Source: Candidatus Calditenuaceae archaeon HR02 (lineage in GTDB: Archaea > Thermoproteota > Nitrososphaeria_A > Caldarchaeales > Calditenuaceae). From it: 64,000 bases of DNA. Of this stretch, positions 59,356 through 64,000 are shown piece by piece; position 1 is the first letter of the stretch, and each line of letters begins with the position of its first letter. Under the pieces are notes generated by a model. That model saw only the letters and a program-made list of their open reading frames with translations. It was not told where the DNA came from and searched no databases. The DNA lies in assembly GCA_002898395.1 (NCBI GenBank), contig BEHE01000005.1:31523-95522 (forward strand). The letters are read 5' to 3'. Both the position numbers and the translations under genes were made by a program.

Positions 59356-59727
59356 CTATGGGGACATAAATATCTGATGTATTGTTCTCAACCCTCTCCT
59401 GTATTTCATTGTCTTCCTCAGCCGCATCCTCGCGCTATGGTCTAGCCTTAGAAAATTTGAGAACCTCGCCTCTAATCGCCTCAAAATGCTTTCACCCTCT
59501 CTATCTAAGTCCAGCAGCGTTATAAGCCTCAAACCACCAACATCGTTTTTCACAACTCCATAGAGCTCGTGAAGGGTCAGAATCCTCCCCCTAACCCCCC
59601 TCGTAAGAAGAGCCTCCCGGTCGCTTACACCCTCTACTAGTATACCAGCACCCCTATTACACTCTTCATTTATGTATCTGATGATCTCATCGATTTCCTC
59701 GTCCTCACGATCCCTAAAACCCTTCAT
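59356..59727 (-). CDS. Small TOPRIM domain protein
   Basis: ILVEGVSD and LLDLDREG TOPRIM motifs. Confidence 0.85.
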   Translation of the reverse strand: MKGFRDREDEEIDEIIRYINEECNRGAGILVEGVSDREALLTRGVRGRILTLHELYGVVKNDVGGLRLITLLDLDREGESILRRLEARFSNFLRLDHSARMRLRKTMKYRRGLRTIHQIFMSP

Positions 59728-59885
59728 TATCCGACAAAATGTAGCCTCCGCACCTATTTAGAATTATCATCTTCTGCAACGGAAATCCCTTTTCTTCCGT
59801 GGAAAGTCATTACGAGATATTAATCACAGTATTACGAAGATTTATTTGAGATTCACTTTCAGATGCCTCTCCGAGGTGTGGTGGA

Positions 59886-60032
59886 GTGAAGGTTGTGACC
59901 GTGCACCTTCCTGAAGCATACCTTGAAGCCATAGATGAGCTGGTTAAGAGACGACTATACCCGAACAGGGCCGAAGCTATCCGCATGGCGGTCCGCGACT
60001 TCATTAAGGAGGAGGCTAGGTCGAGTGAGTAG
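59886..60032 (+). CDS. cdrS: CdrS-like ribbon-helix-helix regulator (48 aa), below the ORF-track cutoff
   Basis: [48 protein letters not shown]; SD-like GGTG/GGAG upstream; overlaps the ftsZ start. Confidence 0.85.
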   Translation: MKVVTVHLPEAYLEAIDELVKRRLYPNRAEAIRMAVRDFIKEEARSSE

Positions 60033-61191
60033 CCAAGAAGCCTCCCAAGGTTATGAGGATGGTTTCGGCGTCAAGATCAAGCTAATAGGCTTAGGTGGTG
60101 CTGGAAGCAATACTGTCCACAGACTCGTCTCCTCAGGGCTATACGGGGCGACAGCAATCGCGGCAAACACAGACAGGCAGCACTTAGACACGGTGAACGC
60201 CCACCACAAGATCCTCCTAGGCCCCAAGACAACGAGAGACCATGGAGCCGGTGGAAACCCTGAGATAGGGAAGCTCGCCGCAGAAGAAAGCATAGAAGAG
60301 ATTAGAAAGGCCCTGGAGGGATCCGACCTCGTCTTCATCGCTGCCGGTCTTGGTGGTGGAACAGGGACCGGCGCCGCACCGGTTTGTGCCAAGGTTGCGA
60401 GAGAGCTTGGAGCCATAGTTGTAGGTGTCGTAACGATGCCGTTCAGATTTGAGGGAGGGGTTCGAAAGAGGATCGCTCTCAGAGGCCTCTCAGAGCTTCA
60501 GCAATATGTAAATACGGTCGTCGTCGTCGACAACAACAGGCTACTCGAACTATACCCTCAGTACAACTTGAAAACAGCCTTCGCACTAGCAGACGAGGTT
60601 ATCAACAACATGATATTGAGCATAACTGAGTCGATAGTAAAGCCAAGCCTCATAAATATCGACTTTGAAGACTTCAAAACGGTGGTCTCCAGGGGTCGAC
60701 TCGCAACGCTAGGAATAGGTAGAAGCAGCTCACCGAACAGGGCTGAAGAAGCCACATTCAACGCCCTTCAATCACCACTCTTCGAGGGCAGCGTAGGGCT
60801 CGAGGGAGTATCAGCCGCAATAGTCCATGTTACAGGCGGAGAAGATATGAAGCTAAAAGAAGCCTCCAGGCCACCAGAAATAATTTACGAACTCATGGGG
60901 GATGACGGTCTGATAGTATGGGGGGCGAGAGTTGACAACTACTACAACTCGACAGTTCAAGTCTCACTAATACTCGCAGGATTAGAGACCGAGAGCTACA
61001 TCCGCGAGATGGAGGCGTCCGTACAGACCATCGATGAACGCTTCTTCAAACGAGAGTCCGCACAAGAACCAATCCCAAAGAAGCAGACTATCGAGCCCGT
61101 TGGGACAACCCATAGCGAAGAAGACGAACTCGACAAAATAATATCCGAACTCGGCATTAAGAGGCTAAAAACAGAGAAGGCAACACTTTAA
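60025..61191 (+). CDS. ftsZ: Cell division protein FtsZ
   Basis: [41 protein letters not shown]; GTG start at 60025 after GGAGG. Confidence 0.96.
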   Translation: MSSQEASQGYEDGFGVKIKLIGLGGAGSNTVHRLVSSGLYGATAIAANTDRQHLDTVNAHHKILLGPKTTRDHGAGGNPEIGKLAAEESIEEIRKALEGSDLVFIAAGLGGGTGTGAAPVCAKVARELGAIVVGVVTMPFRFEGGVRKRIALRGLSELQQYVNTVVVVDNNRLLELYPQYNLKTAFALADEVINNMILSITESIVKPSLINIDFEDFKTVVSRGRLATLGIGRSSSPNRAEEATFNALQSPLFEGSVGLEGVSAAIVHVTGGEDMKLKEASRPPEIIYELMGDDGLIVWGARVDNYYNSTVQVSLILAGLETESYIREMEASVQTIDERFFKRESAQEPIPKKQTIEPVGTTHSEEDELDKIISELGIKRLKTEKATL

Positions 61192-61442
61192 CATCCACAT
61201 TACTCGACGTATTCCTTATACAGGTATCCATACTTTCTGCGAGTCTTCCGATTGGTGCTAAAGACCTTATCTCGCCGGTCTTGATGCATACATCCAAGCG
61301 GCAGGACGTGCCTTATAGACTCTCAACATTGAGGTTATGAACTGGAAATAGAAACTTCGCCTAACAAATTTCTAAGCCCTGTTTACTCAAGTTAGCCATG
61401 TGATCTACTCACTACATATTACATATCAGCGCAATATTCTTT

Positions 61443-63125
61443 TTAGATGGTTGTATGTAACTTTTCCTTTCTCTGTAGTATGTCTTGCTCGTCCACTTTT
61501 TTGAATAGGGGTTTAGGTTTTGCGATTTGGGTGTTTGGCTTGACTAAGTTATCTCCGAGTTTTTCCCAGCTGCCGGTCGTGTCATAGTGTATTCCTATGG
61601 TCTCCCGGAGGCGGTGTGCTGTGTCTGGCGTAAAGATTTCTAGGAAGATGCTTAGGGCGCCGACGACTTGGGATGCCACGTAGAGGGTTGTGGCAGCCTT
61701 TTCCGGTTCTGTCTTCTGGAGCCTCCAGGGCTCTTTGAGGTTTAGATAGCTGTTAGCCTCCTTAACTAGTGTGAGCACCTCTATCAGTGATTGTCTCTCC
61801 CGCACTTCACCCATCAGCTCGTCGATCCTGTCTCTAGTCTCTGTGATTCTTGCGAGGATTCTCTTGTCATCGTCGTCTAACCCGTGGGGCTCGGGGACTC
61901 TACCGCCGAAGTATTGATAAAGGAATGTTAGGACCCGGTGAATATAGTTTCCTATATCGTCGTTTAGGTCACTGTTTGCTGTGGAGACGAAGTCTTGCCA
62001 CTTGAAGTTTGTGTCGCTGGTCTCGGGCCTTATCTTGACTAGGTAGTATCTCCAGTAGTCGCTTGGCAGTATCTCGAGCGCCTCATCCAGCCACACTCCA
62101 ATCCTCTTACTCTTCGAGAATTTCTGGCCCTCGAAGGTGAGGTACTCAGTTGCCGAGACATTCCACGGTAGAACATAGCCGTCTCCATGCGCCAGAAGTA
62201 GGGCAGGGAGGATTATAGTGTGGAATGGTATGTTGTCCTTCCCTATGAAATAGACGGTGCGGGTCTGCCTGTCAAGCCAGTATCTCTCCCAGAGGCTCGG
62301 ATCTCCCCGCGATATTCCGAGCTCTACCGTTGCGGAGATGTAGCCTAGAACTGCCTCGAACCAGACGTAGATTGTTTTCCCATCCGCGCCAGGGAAGGGT
62401 GCCGGAATCCCCCACTTATTGTCGCGAGTCACGGCCCGTGGTCGCAGCCCCTCCTCTATCCAACTCATGCTGAATGCCTTGACCCGCTCATGCATATGTT
62501 GGTTTGAGACGAGCCAGTCTCTTATGGGCTCGGCTAGCCGGGGTAGGTCGAGGAACCAGTGCCTAGTGGTCTTGACTACGGGCGTTGAGCCGCAGATTGC
62601 ACATGCTGGGTTTTTAAGGTCTAGAGGGTCTAGGACTCTTCCACAGGCCTCGCACTGGTCTCCTCTGGCATAGTTGTATCCGCAGTAAGGGCAAGTCCCT
62701 AGTACGAACCTGTCTGGCAGAAACCTTCTACAGTTCTCGCAGTAGAGCTGGTCGATTTCCTTGTTGAAGATATATCCGTTCTCATATACCCGCTTGAAGA
62801 AGTCTTGGCAGAATGATATGTGTATCGGGTTGTGTGTCCTAGTGTAGTTGTCAAACGAGAGGCTGAATCTCTTGAAAATCTCCACAACCCTTGCGTGAAA
62901 TCTGTCTGTTAGGGTCTTCGGGTCTACTCCCTGCTTAGCAGCCTCCACCTCGATCGGCGTCCCATGCTCGTCAGAGCCGCTGACAAAGACAACATCCTCA
63001 CCCCTCAGCCTCAGGTACCTTGCATAGATATCAGCTGATAACTCGGACCCTATAAGATTACCTATGTGTGGGATCCCATGGATATACGGCCAAGCGCCCC
63101 CAACAACCCACTTGCCGAGCTCTAC
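61443..63125 (-). CDS. metG: Methionine--tRNA ligase (short form); frame is open to 63125 but has no ATG/GTG/TTG before the HIGH motif
   Basis: In-frame extension of the listed ORF reads LGKWVVGGAWPYIHGIPHIGNL...SGSDEHGTP; Zn knuckles, YVWFEA, IGKDNIPFH, KFSKS. Confidence 0.93.
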   Translation of the reverse strand, partial: VELGKWVVGGAWPYIHGIPHIGNLIGSELSADIYARYLRLRGEDVVFVSGSDEHGTPIEVEAAKQGVDPKTLTDRFHARVVEIFKRFSLSFDNYTRTHNPIHISFCQDFFKRVYENGYIFNKEIDQLYCENCRRFLPDRFVLGTCPYCGYNYARGDQCEACGRVLDPLDLKNPACAICGSTPVVKTTRHWFLDLPRLAEPIRDWLVSNQHMHERVKAFSMSWIEEGLRPRAVTRDNKWGIPAPFPGADGKTIYVWFEAVLGYISATVELGISRGDPSLWERYWLDRQTRTVYFIGKDNIPFHTIILPALLLAHGDGYVLPWNVSATEYLTFEGQKFSKSKRIGVWLDEALEILPSDYWRYYLVKIRPETSDTNFKWQDFVSTANSDLNDDIGNYIHRVLTFLYQYFGGRVPEPHGLDDDDKRILARITETRDRIDELMGEVRERQSLIEVLTLVKEANSYLNLKEPWRLQKTEPEKAATTLYVASQVVGALSIFLEIFTPDTAHRLRETIGIHYDTTGSWEKLGDNLVKPNTQIAKPKPLFKKVDEQDILQRKEKLHTTI

Positions 63126-63211
63126 TCACCTACCCTATGATGCACATCCGCCCTCCCTCTATTAAATTTAATCTAGCGCCGAGCACAGCGGCATATGCTC
63201 CTTTACGCCGC

Positions 63212-63478
63212 CTACTTTAGCTTGAGTAGAGCTAGGAGAGCGACTGCGAGCCCGGCCTGCCATATGGCGAGGTCGATCATGAGCGCGGTAAGGTCCACGC
63301 TCCAGAAATCGGCTGGCCCGGTGAATGTTGATAACGTGTGGATCGCCCATGTGAAGGGAAGACCGTAGGCGTCGTGTACTAAGTCGGGCCAATCCCGCCT
63401 AAACCCCCACGTCATGCTGAGGATGGAGCTGAAAGACCAGATCACTAAGACTGCTATCACACGCCACATTACGGACAT
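63212..63478 (-). CDS. Small hypothetical membrane protein
   Basis: Two TM helices, YGLPFTW loop, AT-rich TATA-like element upstream. Confidence 0.7.
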   Translation of the reverse strand: MSVMWRVIAVLVIWSFSSILSMTWGFRRDWPDLVHDAYGLPFTWAIHTLSTFTGPADFWSVDLTALMIDLAIWQAGLAVALLALLKLK

Positions 63479-63570
63479 GAAACTACACAGGGACGGGGCA
63501 TATATTAATAAATGCTAGAGGGGTTTTCTATTTCGGCTAACGGGGTTCAATGATTCTCAGGGTTGTTACG

Positions 63571-63580
63571 TTTAAATTAA
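63571..63580 (+). promoter_or_regulatory. TATA box of tRNA-Lys
   Basis: TTTAAATTAA 21-30 nt before the mature tRNA 5' end. Confidence 0.55.
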
Positions 63581-63600
63581 TCGTATGGGTCCGTCTAGTT

Positions 63601-63707
63601 GGGCCCGTAGCTCAGGCAGGACAGAGAATACTAGGGATTCTACCCCTAGTATATGCATCGGCCGGCTCTTAACCGGTAGGTCGAGGGTTCAAATCCCTCC
63701 GGGCCCG
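63601..63707 (+). tRNA. tRNA-Lys (CTT) with a 32-nt non-canonical intron in the D arm (63627-63658, about position 24/25)
   Basis: Acceptor GGGCCCG/CGGGCCC-G; GCCGG-CTCTTAA-CCGGT; GAGGG-TTCAAAT-CCCTC; intron hairpin ATACTAGGG/CCCTAGTAT; removing it restores the GCTC/GAGC D stem. Confidence 0.92.
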
Positions 63708-63772
63708 ATTTAAAAACAATAGGTGTTTCAATGTGGTAAGTATGAGGGGATAATGGGGGAGGGGGGGGCGGG

Positions 63773-64000
63773 TTATCGTCTGCGCTTCATCATATTCCTG
63801 CCGATACCTCTCCGTAACTTTTCACAAATCTCCCACCAGTCCTTCCTTTCCCTTATCTCATCCATGTAGTAACGAATCGCCTTTGTTGATAATTCGATGA
63901 AGCATCTCTTCTTAGGTATCGATGTCCCGACCTTCTCCAAGAACCTCTGATAGTCCTCAGGATGGACATATATTACATATGCATCCTTCTTAGACTCTAT
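63773..64000 (-). CDS. C-terminal part of a LAGLIDADG-type endonuclease gene, open to the window edge, convergent with tRNA-Lys
   Basis: Uninterrupted frame IESKKDAYVIYVHPEDYQRFLEKVGTSIPKKRCFIELSTKAIRYYMDEIRERKDWWEICEKLRRGIGRNMMKRRR*; homologous to the remnant at 2426-2890 that retains the LAGLIDADG helix. Confidence 0.72.
   Translation of the reverse strand: MESKKDAYVIYVHPEDYQRFLEKVGTSIPKKRCFIELSTKAIRYYMDEIRERKDWWEICEKLRRGIGRNMMKRRR

Noticed and set aside
59935-60024. N-terminal extension of FtsZ in the ORF track
   Set aside because: It overlaps the cdrS-like gene in another frame; the GTG at 60025 has a good SD.
390-62887. Many short antisense or nested ORFs in the track (e.g. 28935-29606, 19395-19955, 23016-23489)
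   Set aside because: They are shadows of well-supported genes on the other strand or frame and carry no motifs.
1-64000. CRISPR array or cas genes
   Set aside because: No regularly spaced direct repeats or cas motifs seen; the repeats found are dispersed, not arrayed.

Overview
A 64 kb window of an archaeal chromosome from the TACK group. The combination of PolD large subunit, Elf1, SmAP3, FtsZ, archaeal MAT, GGGP synthase and CofE is most consistent with an Aigarchaeota/Caldarchaeales-like thermophile (inference, not tested). Most of it is housekeeping and sugar/redox metabolism: guaB, polC, mat, nucS, elp3, fixAB(CX), nep1, cca, valS, metG, cdrS-ftsZ, aguAB and gnd. There are three tRNA genes (two with introns) and one C/D-box sRNA. 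Main highlights: (1) all three tRNA genes (Gly, iMet, Lys) are followed within about 20-35 bp by a convergent copy of the same LAGLIDADG-type endonuclease gene, two decayed and one open up to the window edge, which suggests a tRNA-targeting mobile gene with no integrase or att repeat; (2) an Fgd-like F420-dependent dehydrogenase is tightly co-oriented with a long bacterial-type gnd, suggesting an F420-linked oxidative pentose phosphate pathway; (3) a family of zinc-finger microgenes missed by the ORF track, with one intact-looking copy upstream of an IS110-like transposase pseudogene and three degenerate dispersed copies; (4) an atypical tRNA-Gly(CCC) anticodon loop, a metG with no canonical in-frame start codon, and an AT-rich sugar-ABC island next to tRNA-iMet. 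All calls come from motif recognition by eye; no database searches were run.
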